Assembly: GCA_030704615.1 (NCBI GenBank) | Contig: CM060732.1 | Location: 68,696,001 to 68,760,000, forward strand | DNA from: Takakia lepidozioides | Taxonomy: Eukaryota; Plantae; Bryophyta | DNA: 64,000 nucleotides | Direction: 5' to 3' | Part shown: one piece after another, positions 1 through 12,514 of the stretch | Position numbering within the stretch: position 1 is the stretch's first letter | Layout: the number at the start of each line of letters is the position of its first letter | Made by a program: the position numbers and the translations under genes | The notes under the pieces: generated by a model | Told to the model about the DNA's origin: nothing | Database searches by the model: none | The model's input: only the letters and a program-made list of their open reading frames with translations

Positions 1-294
1 AAGATGCTATAGCGAAACTCAAATGTGCAATTTGTGCTCGAGCAAACTTGTGCTCACGTGAGCACAAACGAGACGAAGAGAAATAGACATGGGAGAAATA
101 GGCACAAAATGAGTCATGAATATGGATGGGCATCCTATTTCTGTGGTTTATTTTTCTGTATGCACAAGCACAGAACAATGCGTTAGCGAAATAAAACAAT
201 CTCACATCGTCTCTTATATGCAAAACCAAACACAACACATTTTGGTTCGCCCACGAAACCATAGGATAATGACCTACGCAGCGATACCTAGAGA

Positions 295-430
295 TTTCGC
301 CGACGAAACCCAATATTTCGCAGGCAAAACCCATTATTTCGTTGACGAAATTTGTTATTTCATTGACAAAACCCATTATTTCGCTGGCAAAACTCGATAC
401 ATTATTTTTTTTCGTTAACGAAACCCGTTG
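295..430. repeat. Degenerate ~21-bp tandem repeat (consensus near GAAACCCATTATTTCGYTGAC), about 5-6 copies, probably transposon subterminal
   Basis: Recurring cgaaaccc-attatttcg units. TGTGCTCACGTGAGCAC-type palindromes also occur at 33-66 and 744-783. Confidence 0.55.
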
Positions 431-2279
431 TTTGCCTCATTATATTAAATTGTTCAACTATTGTTTGGTATTTGTGTGTTTTGGATGGTGTTGGTTATTG
501 TGACTTTGTTTTCCCTAATGTGTTATTCCTTTCTAGGATACCCAAACTGTTCATATGTGGAACTTGGAGCTTGTACATATACATTATGGGTGCCTATTCC
601 GCATTAGGGTTTTGGGTTAATAAGCACAGAAACCCTATAAATGCACCGTGTCTCTATATCCGCCATTGGTTTAATTCTGTTTTGAAAACATATAACTCAT
701 GTGACCGCGGATTAAAAACATAAAACCCCCGTGACCCTGGGTTTGTGCTCGCGTGAGCTCTGCTTAGCGCTGTGCTCACGTGCTACCAACCCCCTTCAGA
801 AGTGGGTTCTATTCCTTTCAACTCTGTAGGAGCTCTATAGCCACCCAGCGGTTTTGTTTCTGAAGCTGACAATTCATGAGGAAACTGTTTGATCACATGA
901 GGGCATCACTCATTGATTGCACTCAGCTTTGCACAATGAATTTTTTTTTTTGCATTGTGTTTTACTTACCTTTCTTAAACATCTTGTTATACCCATCATT
1001 GATGCGGTTTTGTTAGGCCGTTTTGAGCTTTAAAGCTAATACCAGATCCTGACTATGAACCTACCGAGACTACACATCTCACATCATGGAGTTCATGTCA
1101 GGACACAAACAACCATTAACTTACTGCATTATTCATAGTAGATGTTGTGCGGCCCATGAATTGGAATACTCTAAATACTCAAATCAGCTTATATCACAAA
1201 ATTGTTAAAATGGGACGCCAAAGATACCTCAACTCATGATGTGTGCAAGTTTTGATACCAGAGCAACACAAAAATAAGTTATATCATATTTTGTCGTGCA
1301 TTTTGTAACTATCTCCAATATCAAACATCGAGTTGTCTTTGCCGTGAATTTAGGGTATTCTTGGGGGGCCTCCTTGTTAGATACAAAGAGCCTCTCACTT
1401 AAGGCCTATTTCCTTACCTTTCATAAATTGAACATTCTCTCCCCCCTCTTTCTAGGTGTCCTTACAGCCCGGGCCCACGTCTACTCAACAGCCCCCCCTT
1501 TTCTCTGGGGCTGCGGGTCCTTCCCGGGCTTTTCGACTCGCCTCCCACCAACTTCGTTATGCCAGCTTCTCACTCCCCCATTCCTTTTTAAATGAAACTT
1601 GGGTTTTCATATTAACTTGACGGTGTTCATCATTTTTTTCATATTTCCATGTGGTGCTAGGGTGAGGCCAAGAGTCTAATGTTTAAATGGAATTTGGATT
1701 CAAGGGCACATTTGATTTAAAAATCTCAACCTCTGTACAAATTAAATACACCATTTCATTTTTTTCATTTTTTTTAATTGTTTTCAAAGGGAAACACCTG
1801 CCAAGGAGCGACAGCTCACATTTCATTCCAGATTTGAAAGGTCAAATAAATAGTAACTGAATGTCAAGTTGTTGTAAATGTAGGTCACATTGGGATTCAA
1901 CATAAACTGTAGATATAACATTATTTTTGTCACTTAATCATGTGCATTGTTTCTTCTATCTTTCCAATGTACATTATCATTTCTTTCCTCCGAAAATCTA
2001 ATATGTGGTTGAGAAGAAATTTAATTTGGGGCGAGACTTGAGACCCATTATCAGGCTGAAAAAATGAGAACAGCCCCATTTGCAAAATTTCGCTGAAAAA
2101 ATGCAGATTTGATGGGGCTTCTTCTAAGTACACATGCTGGCCGGGTTGTGAAGCATATGACTAATTTTGGTGGCTAACTTATTCACATTTGGTGACTCAA
2201 TATCCACATTTGCTAAAACAAATTGCCACGGTGGCTGCAACACTGCAACTTTTGGAACGAAGGGCCTTGTTACTCACAG

Positions 2280-2716
2280 CCACTAGATATTTCGAGATCA
2301 ATATTGGATCCACGGCCCTGTTAGTCGCAAGTGTGAGACTCTACGGGTTTGGCGATTCTGGGGAGGGAGATGCGGAGGAGAGTCTCGGGGGAAGAGTCTC
2401 GACAGCGGCGGAGGACTAGTATATATATCCTCTGCCCTTCTCAGCCGCATCAGAGCTCCTAGTTTTGCAGTTGTCTCTAGGGATCATCCTCACGTTTGCA
2501 TTTTGCATGTTTTTCTTCCCACTTTTAGTCCCCTCTATACTGACGTTAAGTAGCTTATCGAAAGCCTTCCAACCTTCAGTTTATTTGCTTGAGGTGTTAC
2601 TCCTCGGATCCCTGTTGCAAGCATAGTCAGTTTATGTCCGCTTGAAAGAACTCTCAGTCTCAGTGCAGCATTACCCGCAGGCTCAGATCTCAGTTTCTCT
2701 CGATCAGCTTGTGAGA
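2280..2716 (+). promoter_or_regulatory. 5' region and probable 5'-UTR intron of F-box gene copy 1
   Basis: Conserved in three copies (2280-2716, ~28145-28647, ~40600-41020). Candidate GT donor at ~2419 and acceptor tttctctcgatcAG at 2707, 9 nt before the ATG. Confidence 0.6.
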
Positions 2717-3979
2717 ATGGATCAGTGTAACCGAACCAACGTCCACAACAATGTAGCTTTTCCTCATGAACTTGTGGACAATCTGGAGTCTGTGTTTGCG
2801 AGGCTTCCTGCTCATGACGTAGCCAGAAGTCTGTGCGTGTGTAAAGCATGGAATCAAGTGGACATCTTGTCCAGAGAGTTTTCCGATCTGCGTTTGTCGT
2901 TGAAGACCGAAGATTGGTATTTTCCTACAGCTATGGTTGGGTTGGACAGTATGGACTCTGGGCCGCAGGAATGGATAGGCTTCCATCACCCATCAAACAC
3001 TTGGCGCAAGCTGCCGTCTTTACCAGCTCCTCTGGGAAAATGTGTGATTGTAACAGGATCTGGAGGACTACTCTGCGTCCAAGACAAGTCTTGCGAGGAT
3101 TTCTGGCTCAGTCCCCTGTTTGTTTGTAACCCGATAACCAAGAGGTGGAAAGAGCTTCCTAGATTGCCAGCACCTACCGAAGCCTCCAGCTCATCACCTG
3201 GGTCATCACCAGTTGTCAAGCATATGCTGATCGACCAGGGTACTAACGATGGTTGGGGTTCCTACAGGATTATTTTCCTCTGGTCGTGGATCATGTATGA
3301 GTACTCCTCACAAACGAATGTGTGGAGAATACAGGAATTTGCTCTTGTTTCCACATCTGCACAATTGCACCCAGGTAGTGCAGTGTGGGAGGGGATGATC
3401 TACTGCATTCTGGTCGAACGGGAGGAGTTTGGTGACAGTGCATACGAAGTTAGAGCTTTTGATATTCAACGCTGTGTCTGGATGGAGGAGACCTACGCAC
3501 TGCACCCGGTTGAGGCGACTGACGAGTTTTTGAGTACCAGGCCCTACCAACCACAACTGCTGGTTTGCAGAGGTATGCTTTTAGCTGTGTTCGCCACCTT
3601 CCTTGACATGGATGAAATCAGGATGGAGGACATTACACCTGTTGACTTAAGCGGCGCTGACCTTTGTGGTATCTTACTGTTGAAGCTCGATCTTCGAGTG
3701 AAAGAATTCGTCTATCAAGAGATTGGCGTTCCACCGAACTTGTGTGTAGCCCATGATCTCGAGGGGTATGGTGATCTTGATCAATGGGTAGGCCATTACT
3801 CTCCAGGGGGAGACACACTATGGTTGGCAAACGAGGAGTACCTCATCAAATATGAGAATTTGGACCTTTGGGGGATTGACCACATTGGAAAGGACACCAG
3901 ATTTCCCAGACTCATGGACGAAGACTACATGCTGTTCAACGACTGTGCATTCTACCCTTCCTTGATAGCAAAACCATGA
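2717..3979 (+). CDS. F-box protein with F-box-associated/kelch-like beta-propeller region (single coding exon, ~420 aa)
   Basis: F-box motif FPHELVDNLESVFARLPAHDVARSLCVCKAWN, then typical plant F-box motifs SGGLLC and LFVCNPITKRWKELP. The ORF is uninterrupted. Confidence 0.9.
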   Translation: MDQCNRTNVHNNVAFPHELVDNLESVFARLPAHDVARSLCVCKAWNQVDILSREFSDLRLSLKTEDWYFPTAMVGLDSMDSGPQEWIGFHHPSNTWRKLPSLPAPLGKCVIVTGSGGLLCVQDKSCEDFWLSPLFVCNPITKRWKELPRLPAPTEASSSSPGSSPVVKHMLIDQGTNDGWGSYRIIFLWSWIMYEYSSQTNVWRIQEFALVSTSAQLHPGSAVWEGMIYCILVEREEFGDSAYEVRAFDIQRCVWMEETYALHPVEATDEFLSTRPYQPQLLVCRGMLLAVFATFLDMDEIRMEDITPVDLSGADLCGILLLKLDLRVKEFVYQEIGVPPNLCVAHDLEGYGDLDQWVGHYSPGGDTLWLANEEYLIKYENLDLWGIDHIGKDTRFPRLMDEDYMLFNDCAFYPSLIAKP

Positions 3980-4299
3980 CTACCTTATGTAGTTATTATG
4001 GATGCACAAATTGTGCATAAACTGTGATTTTGTCAATTTGATGTACCTTCGCGTTGAAACCAGTAAAGAGGGACTTCTAGGATGTAGTTTCGCTTAATCT
4101 CAGCAAAGAAGCTTTGAAAGAGGTAATCTCTTAAGAGTTTGCATTTGGTACCTATCACTGTTTGCACTGACTGTTTCAGTAAACGGATTTTCCTTGTGTA
4201 CAGCAAGTCTTGAATCAAGAGTGATGTCCCTTCAGTGTGATTTCCAAGAAAGTACTTTCACATAGCCAATCCATCCTCTTTCATTTTCTTTCATCTCAG

Positions 4300-5117
4300 A
4301 CACATTATCACACAAAGTGCACCATCTCCTCAAAAGATAGAGGACAAATCTTACGATGGAGGTTACATTACTTACAACTAAGGATATGAGGTTGCACTCC
4401 ATGCACATATCACAACCACAATGATCAGTGCTGTTTCATTTTCCCAGCTGTTCCTCCATCTCCTCTCATGGAGATCGAAGCCTCTAAAGCATCTCTACCA
4501 CACCCTTACTGAGCATATCCTGCTTGCAATCATCAAGATCCATGAAACTACATCTTGTTCAGCCGTAATGTGCATCCTTTACTCCCACATGTTGTATACA
4601 TGTTCACAAGGGTATTCTCCACATTAATAATAAAAGACGACAGTGCAGCCTTGGTGATGTCAGAATGGACATTTTCGCCTTTTCCAAAGCTCCTAGGGGG
4701 CGCACGCATTGAGAATGCAGGTGAATGTGACCCTGTTGGGTATCACTCCATTATGTTGCATTCGATAATGTGGGCCTGCACTACTCTATTTCATTAAGCA
4801 GAAATATGTTTGGCTTGAATCCACTGTCAATAATGTAGGCCTGCACCTGCTTCCCCTCAGAGACGCCTTTCATGTTGATGCACTCCTGCAAGAGACAAAC
4901 ATAAGTGTTGCAGTAACCTGAATGCCTCGTTCGTTCAAAATGTGCAGCACCTTCTTAAGTCATCCTGCCTTATGCAGTGTCCTGGCATCCCCACAAGAAC
5001 CAGCAGACTTCTTACTCGTTCCCTTTCTTGGTCCTCTAGCAGTGGTGAAGGTGGAGGTGCTACCCCGGCTGCCAGCGTAATCTGCACACACGACTGTGCC
5101 TGATTCAACCCCGCCAT
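4300..5117 (-). pseudogene. Degenerate PLS-class PPR gene remnant
   Basis: Minus strand from ATG 5117 gives frameshifted peptides DDLRRC..HILNERGIQV..CLLQECINMKG..GKQVQAYIIDSGFKPNIFLLN, paralleling the N-terminus of the intact PPR at 56458. GYAQ and NTLVNMY relics lie at 4480-4760. Confidence 0.75.
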
Positions 5118-5229
5118 ACTGCATGATCAGGCTTCTAATCTAATGATAGACTATCACAGTCACCTACTTTTGAGGATAGTCACAGTGCTGTCGTATTATG
5201 GTGAACCAGTCTCTACATTAACAGTGTAT

Positions 5230-5960
5230 GAACAAGGTAACCACCCAACCTAGAATCCTCTTCTTGCCACTTGCTAAGGAGTATTCTCTAAGTCCTGTAG
5301 CCTTCTATGTTCTCAGCTTTGCTCTTCTAGGACAGGCCTGTATCTCCTCCAGAGTTTCACATCAGGTCCTCCTAAATACCCCCCCAGGACTCCCCCCCTT
5401 TGGTATTCCCTTGCTTGCTAACCCAAACCCTTGGACTTTGCCATTCTGACTGTTCACCTTCCCTTGCGTAGTCATATGTCTCTTCAGTTTCTGATATGAC
5501 TTTCTATTTTCAGCCTTGGTTAGCCACTAACCTAGGCCTACTAACCTAGTCTGTGACAGCATAAACTGGTCCAATGCAATCTTTTGCAAGTGGGTATCTT
5601 CCAGTCTTGGATCACCATAAGAAAAATACCTTGTGGTATTTTCTCCCTGGAGCTCCATTGACTCCATCGAGAATCCAACCATCACCAGACTGTGCTTCAT
5701 CTTGTAAACACAGAGGGTGCTCAATCCAATGTACCACCTTCGTGCCCTCAGGTGCAAAATTTGGCGATTTCCGGACTTTCCTGGGGAAATCAGCAGTGGC
5801 AGCAGAGGACCCATAGCTTCAACCACAGCCATGTATAGACCAGGCTACAACCACCAAGCTCCACAATCATTGCTTCAAACAACGAGACGCAATTTTGAGC
5901 AGAATGATTGTGGCATTACTGCCGATCAACAAGTTTCTTATCCCCAAGGTTAACCACTAC
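5230..5960 (-). mobile_element. Highly degenerate non-LTR retrotransposon (possibly RTE-like) C-terminal fragment
   Basis: Broken frames resembling LFxxxV...LYG.EVWG and AKLRT motifs; weak evidence. Confidence 0.35.
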
Positions 5961-6490
5961 GGCAGGGTGACAAGACTTGCCTCCTCAACTCAGAGAAAAA
6001 TCTCTGCTCTGCTTACCCTTGGACTGAAAGAAGATTGAGTAGCAAGAGACAAAGCCTCACCTTCAGAGACCTGTTGTCCCACTGTCGCTAAGGATATGAC
6101 ACGACATCCGGCGAAACCCCTTCTATCCTGAGTGCTTGGCCATGCAAACACCACTTCAGACATCTTCATCACCTCCTAATTGAAGGTGCCTAGGGAGTGG
6201 TAGAGGAGGCACACAAAAAATTAAGCTCCCTCACTCTGTATCTCTCTCTCTCTCTCTCTCTCTCAATTCATTGTCCTGGGTACTCTCACCAGAGAGATGC
6301 CCTCTTCAAATCCATCAAGGGAATTGTGCCTGTACCTCTGTTTACCAACTTTGAAAGTCTCCAGGCTGAGCCAAAACCCCATGCCCTTTTGGGGCCTAGT
6401 TATTGGGCAAACCACACACAGCAGATTGATGCTTGTGGGAAGGAATTTCTAGAGGATATCTGGAAAAATCGGATCAATTGTCTGTTCCAA

Positions 6491-6612
6491 GGTAAGTCAT
6501 ACTACCGGCGTCAGCCTCTGACAAAGGTAGTTCTGTCCCTTTGTGTTCCACTTAAACTGGGCACGGGGTCAATGGCCACAAGGCTATGGCAAGCGTCTTA
6601 TGAGTACATTCT
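6491..6612 (+). repeat. Short dispersed repeat associated with (CT)n (copy 1)
   Basis: Aligns with 9998-10130. Core atggccacaaggcta(t/c)ggcaa recurs at ~57398-57420; tail ttatgagtacattctct recurs at ~9770 and ~10157. Confidence 0.75.
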
Positions 6613-7235
6613 TAATGCAATGAAAAAATGAGAAACATGTGAGAAATTTCCAATGCTTCAGGGGTTGCTGAGTCTTCTGCGTGTAATTTTGCTTGCATGA
6701 GAAAAGAAGACAATAAGGCACACACTTAAGACAAAGAGATACTTTTGTACCTTTCTTCTGTTTCCCCGGATCGTGGGGAGACGTCATAACCATCACTTGC
6801 AAGGGTCTCAATGTCGGCACTGCCCAGCTGAATGTCCATGTCCGCTCCACAGCCTGGCTACGGAACACCAACCATGTCTCAATACAGAAGAATCTGCAGA
6901 TTCTAAACCAGTATGGCTCTTTTGGTATTCCATACCTGGCCCCTTAATGAGACCAGGATCGGCTCGTTCAGAAAACAGAGCCTTGTCTCTGGTCGATATG
7001 CATAGCATGTGAGGGTCAAGGCCACTGGACGGATGAACGGATGGATTGAACGGATGAACTGGCCCTCGGTAAGATAGGCCCACGGGAATCCACGCAGTGT
7101 GGTCCACAGCAGCAGCTCCTCTTATCTGCGGACAGCGAGGAAGAAGAGGAAGAGAGAGAGAGAGAAGACGGAGACGAGATCTACTTACAGACTGGAAGGC
7201 GGAGGAGCTGTCTGCGCATCGTTGGGGGGTCTGCA

Positions 7236-7871
7236 ATGGCGAGTACAGCGCAGGCGGGGTTGATGGCATTACAGTGCCGGGGCTTTGCGGGGCCCGCCTC
7301 TCTGGGATCCGCACAATGCATCGCTTTCAAAGGTTTGGGCTTTGCCCCCCTTCGTGGGTCCCGTGGTACTAGTGAAAGGCGCCAATCGAAGGAGAGCTTG
7401 CAAATCCGAGCTATGGCACCCAAGAAGAAAGTGAATGCCTACGATGCTGGATGGAGCAAGCAATGGTTTGGAGCTGGAATTTTCGCTGAAAACACCGAGA
7501 CTGAGCCTGTTAACATTGTGAAAAAATTAGAGAAGAAGAAGCTTTTGAGCCAAGTGGAAAAGGCAGGCCTGCTCTCCAAGGCAGAGAGCGCTGGCCTGTC
7601 TCTCTCTACCATTGAAAAGCTGGGTTTGCTTTCGAAAGCCGAAGACCTGGGACTTTTGAGCCTGGCAGAGAAATTCGCCACGGCTTCTCCGCCAGTTCTG
7701 GCATCTCTCTCTCTCCCTCTATTTGTGGCATCCATAGCCACCATTGTCTTCGTCCCTGATGACTCTCCTACTTTGGTGATTGCACAGAACTTCGTTGCTG
7801 CCCTACTGCTTGCTGGAGCTGGAGGCTTGTTTATAGGATCAATTTTGCTTAGTGGATTGCAAGAAGAATAA
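7236..7871 (+). CDS. DUF1118 chloroplast thylakoid protein, RIQ2 (At1g74730)-like
   Basis: Transit-peptide-like N-terminus, then MAPKKKVNAYDAGWSKQWFGAG..VEKAGLLSKAE..LSTIEKLGLLSKAEDLGLLSL and two C-terminal TM helices ending LSGLQEE. Recognised from memory of the family. Confidence 0.85.
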   Translation: MASTAQAGLMALQCRGFAGPASLGSAQCIAFKGLGFAPLRGSRGTSERRQSKESLQIRAMAPKKKVNAYDAGWSKQWFGAGIFAENTETEPVNIVKKLEKKKLLSQVEKAGLLSKAESAGLSLSTIEKLGLLSKAEDLGLLSLAEKFATASPPVLASLSLPLFVASIATIVFVPDDSPTLVIAQNFVAALLLAGAGGLFIGSILLSGLQEE

Positions 7872-8544
7872 AGGAATTCGCGATTCTCTTGATTCCACTG
7901 TGCCTGCATATTGTTGCAAGTTATTCCGGCTGCCATTTGTCTTTCCAATGTCGTCACCTGTCTGATGAAGTCTTTCTCGACTGAAGCATTTCGGTGGACA
8001 GTTTCATTGACTTCAACACTTCTTTAGCCATTCACAACGAGCAGATTGTGTCTACTATCCTACTACCAAAAGATGTGGTCGAATGCAGTCGATGAATAAC
8101 TGGTTGTAGCAACATTCCTCCCTTAAGCTCCCTACGTGAAGTCAAGGTCAGATGGTGGGTTCAGGTGCAACCTCTCTCTGTATTCTGGAATCTGAGGACT
8201 CAGAAAGACAATGTAGTTTGCAGTTAACACTATCACTGGGTGTGTGTGCCAATCTCAGCAATGAAAGTCTTTTTTGGCTAGCTGACCCATAAAGTATTGG
8301 CATGTCTGTATATCCTTTTGATTGGCTTCTCACCAGCTTCAAGCGGGATTCAATACCTTAACTTAGGGTTCCTGAGGACAAGAAAATGTCAGGTTTGGAG
8401 CCTCGCACAGGGATTTACCAAGTTCAGCATTGAACTCTATCTTTGGTTTGGCTATTGAGAAGGTTCTTTCTTCCTCTTTCCTTTGGCTGCCTGTCTTTCT
8501 TACAACAGAGTGTGCCATCTTCATGGCTGGCCAATCTCACTTCT

Positions 8545-8676
8545 CCTATTTGACTTGCTTTCTCCCTCTCCCATGTACTGTTTGAAGCAGTGTGAGGGGC
8601 AAGTTCTGCAGGGATTGGAAAAAGAATACCTGGACAAATTCCATGGGCCATTCAAGTTCTGCTGTGAATTCCCGGT
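8545..8676 (+). mobile_element. LINE ORF2 C-terminal fragment
   Basis: Near-identical to the reverse complement of ~49285-49400 (SPSPMY..CEGQVLQGLEKEYLDKF.GPFKFCCEFP). Confidence 0.65.
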
Positions 8677-9757
8677 AAAGAAGCTTGCAGGCCAGCACAG
8701 GCTGCATAATCTGGCGCGTCACCACTGGCTGAGCCCCAGCAGACTGAGCCAAGAACCCAAGCAACACCTATATTGAATTCAGAGGAGCAGACAAAAAACA
8801 AAAAGGTAAACAACAAGTCAAGTACGTTTGTGCCATTTTCACAACTGAGGATAAGAACGCGCAAGGTAGACAAGGAAGGCTGCAATGTGGCATCAATCTT
8901 TGCTCCTTGCATGTGCCTAAAAGCTTCAGCAGATTATGGCCGTGATTGGGACCTAGGATAAGGAGCCTCAGTCACCTTTAACGTCCAAGGAGAATGAATG
9001 CCTCTGGAAGTTTTTTGGAGATGTATAAGCAACTAAGAACATGGTACCGACTCGGACTGAGCGGGTGTTTTGCTAATTCTTCCAGAGTACCCGCCAAAGT
9101 ATTGTCCAGACCCTCCGCGTCTTCTTGCCGCCCACGCACTCCACACAGATCTTATTATATCTAAAACTGCAAGAAGGCCAGAAAGCTTATCATCAAGGGG
9201 AGTTAAGCAATCCAATAGTGGACACTCTGGAGTCCAATACAACCCACTAATATGGTGAAAGGTTATCAAGATGGATCAGAGATGGTGGAAACAAGGTAGA
9301 GTTAACTCATTGAGGAGTTAAGTCTGCCCCAATACTCTTCTATGCAAAGGAGGGAAGCCATCCAACATCCTTGTAGAGCAAATCTGATGCATAACCCCCA
9401 GGCACTCAGCTGATATTACCCTGGGTTTGAATCAGCCATAATTGTGGTCTGAGTAAATTCAGCATTGAATCAGGCTGTCACAGCCCCACTTTAGCTTTTG
9501 AACTCAGGGTTTAGGGTTTAAAATATAAGGTGCTCATACTATCTCAAAAATCACTCAAAACCCCAATGTGTAGATAGTGGTGAGGTGATGAATTGCCTTC
9601 ATCAAAGCCAAGAGTTGTCGCCTGGAAAAAGTGCCTGGTCAAAGAGAGCTCACTGGGAACAAACGCACAAGAGACAAATACAGGGTTTAAAACAAGTCAT
9701 CCACAAAGAACTTCCACACTGAAATCAGCCTGCCCAGGAGAGGCTCAGAGCTTAAGG
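8676..9757. repeat. ~1.1-kb block (probable LINE 3' relic) duplicated in inverted orientation at 41510-42603
   Basis: Continuous reverse-complement alignment between the two regions. The minus strand has LINE-like peptides (CIEEYWGRL, DIIRSVWSAW). Confidence 0.8.
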
Positions 9758-9997
9758 TCAAATAACGTATTATGAGTACATTCTCTCTAGAAAAAGGCCA
9801 CCAAAACTGCAGCACCATCTCTGAGAGACAGACAAGTCGAAGTAGCTCCAGAGACCCTACCCGGTGTACCGACTCTTGGCTGCCTTCTCTTGTCTCTTTT
9901 GCGCACACCTAGGGAAAACACAACAAAAGACATGTCAGGTTCTGCAGGTCTTAACCTCCCTCTCTCTCTCTCTCTCCGGATTAATTCTTTATATGGA

Positions 9998-10130
9998 GGT
10001 AAGTCTTACTACCAACATCAGCCCCTGACAGAGGTAGGTTCTGTCCCTTTTGTTCCCGCTCAAACTGGGCGCGGAGTCAATGGCCACAAGGCTACGGCAA
10101 ACAACGTCTTATGAGTACAATCTCTCTCTG
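9998..10130 (+). repeat. Short dispersed repeat associated with (CT)n (copy 2)
   Basis: Aligns with 6491-6612 and is flanked by CT runs on both sides. Confidence 0.75.
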
Positions 10131-10564
10131 GACACTAGACTACTTCTAACAACATCTTATGAGTACATTCTCTGGGCTGAGCAAGCCCCAAACAGGGGAT
10201 GAAGGCACACAAAGACTGAATTGTGCATAGTGGCATGCAGTAGGAGCTTACTTCTTCAAACTATTGTGGGAAGTCTGAATTCAAGCCCCAATACCTTGTC
10301 TCTCCTCTAAGAGGCGTGAGATGAAGAAGTACAGTCCTGATACATAAAAAGTGGTAAATCCTCAGGAGAAGAAATCACTTACACGGAAAAAATAGCCCAG
10401 CTTATCATTATAGTCAGACACATCCTTCCATTGCTTCCTGATGCTTATCTGCACCCTCATACCAGGTTAACGAGATCAACCCCCACCTTGCCCAACATAT
10501 CTTTCGCTCCTCCCCCTCCAGATTTCAGGTGTTTATGGCCAACGGCTATGACTTTGTCCTGTAG

Positions 10565-10760
10565 GTCAAATACATACTGTCTTTGTTGTATCGAAACTGA
10601 AGAACACTACTTCTTTGACTGCCGTCTTTACTATGAGATCCGTGGGAGATTCCACTGTCTATTCCATGAGACCCAATCTCCCACTTAAGTCTTCCATTAT
10701 GAGGATCAGAAATGCTTGGCAGCTTATCTGCACGAAGCTTTGACCCTTAGGCAATCCCTT
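10565..10760 (+). mobile_element. Non-LTR retrotransposon C-terminal CCHC zinc-knuckle fragment
   Basis: Peptide YCLCCIETEEHYFFDCRLYYEIRGRFHCLF (C..C..E.E.H...C..Y..IR). Confidence 0.65.
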
Positions 10761-12514
10761 GAGCAGTAGTCGCTTTTGGGCTGCTTCTGGCTCTGTCTTT
10801 CTTTCTTGTTTCTTGCTTTCCTTTTTTCCCATAAGCTCTTTGAGCTTTCTGCGGACGCTGTAGAAGTTCCATTTCATGTCATTTGTCCAAATGGCAACCT
10901 TCTCCTCTGCCTGCCATGCACTCACCACTGCCCCACCCAACCATTGCCAAGAGCTAAGCAGATTGTGATGAAGAGACCTGCAGTTTTGACATGGTTTAAT
11001 CATGGTTTGTCCAAGAAACCTTAGGTAGGGAGTAAATAGTAAGGCAAAGAGAAAGGAAAAGAGGTTGTGGGTGATAGAGAAGTCACTGCGACCTGCATGA
11101 TTTATTTTCGCTCTATCTTATTATGTCTCCTGCAGCCCGCTCATGGCAAACAGGTTGGTGATGACTGATTATCTTCAGTATCAGGTCAAGGACATTTAAT
11201 CCACAATTAAGATCCTCGACAGAGAAGACACCAGCCAGTCATCCTGTTCTGGCTGAAATGTACTTGCAGTAATGCTTACAGCAGTTTCATTTGCTGCCAA
11301 CCCTGGTTCCTTAAGAAATTCCCGATTTCTGAATAACCACCCCACGTCCTGAATTATGTAGTCAGAAACCAGGTGGCATTACATTCCCTACCAAACCCAC
11401 TATGAAACCAATTGCAAACCTTCTTTAATATCTGAAGACGCAGGGTAGTATCTGATAGGGCCATCACTTGGAGTTCAACGTATCATATGTCCCATGGTGC
11501 CAATGACAGACTCCAACAACTTCAAAGCTAAGTGAGTTGCTACTTGATAACTGTGAATCTGCATCTGCATCTCAATACAGGAAGAAAGGAAGGGAAAGGA
11601 AACCTACAGTGTGAAGTCAGAAAGTGTCGATAGCATTCTTCACTCCCTCTTTTTCTATATCATGAGTATTCGCAGTCCACTTGCCACCATTTGCATATTT
11701 GGAATCCTCCCCCTTGGGATTCAATCCCAACCTTGAAACAGTGAAAATCTGTGCCTACACTTAGCTTGTTGGGTTGCAGCACATTGTTGTACAGGCTGCA
11801 TCCAAATAACAGACTTAACAAGTCAGTTCCTTATGTATACATTCATTTAGATTATAGCCATTGATCACCGGCAGGAAATAAGATCCACTATAAAATCTCC
11901 TCAAAGCACCTGCATCTGACATGATCTCCTTGCTGATAAAACTATAGATAAAGAGGGAGTGAAGAATGCAGTCATGGACTGAGTTCGGGATCCCCTCCGG
12001 AATAGCAAAGGAAAACCCATGCGTAAGTCACTTTGTGGGTTCTACATCCAACAGATTGGTCCAAAGCCAGGAATTTAGAGAAACTACCATTGAACACTCC
12101 CTGCATGATATTGAATTGCAATCTTGATAATACAACAGGCCATCCACACACAGACATTAGCCAGTTCCCTATTTCCCACTCATAATTCGTGGAGGTAAAC
12201 TACTCCATGAGCAGAAAAAAGGCAAGAGCTTTATTACAACCACAGGAGCACCAGAAAATGACAATGTAGAACTAGTATGTCTAAAGGAATTGCTAGCAAA
12301 ATTTCATAGCACGAGACATATCCTCTAGTTATCACCATTTGAGAGTCGTTTTTACATTGGTTCAACAGTGGTGACATGAACTCAGTTGTACCACTAATGC
12401 TAGCCATAATCTCTAATATAACTAGCAAACGAATAAGCACAAATAACGGCCCTATTCCTGGGTAAAGGACAGACAATAGGCACACCTCTCAATCGATCCT
12501 TACGAGTAAAAGAC

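Noticed and set aside
10780-11570. Possible minus-strand exons of another gene
   Set aside because: Splice-like signals are present but the frames contain stops and no family could be recognised.
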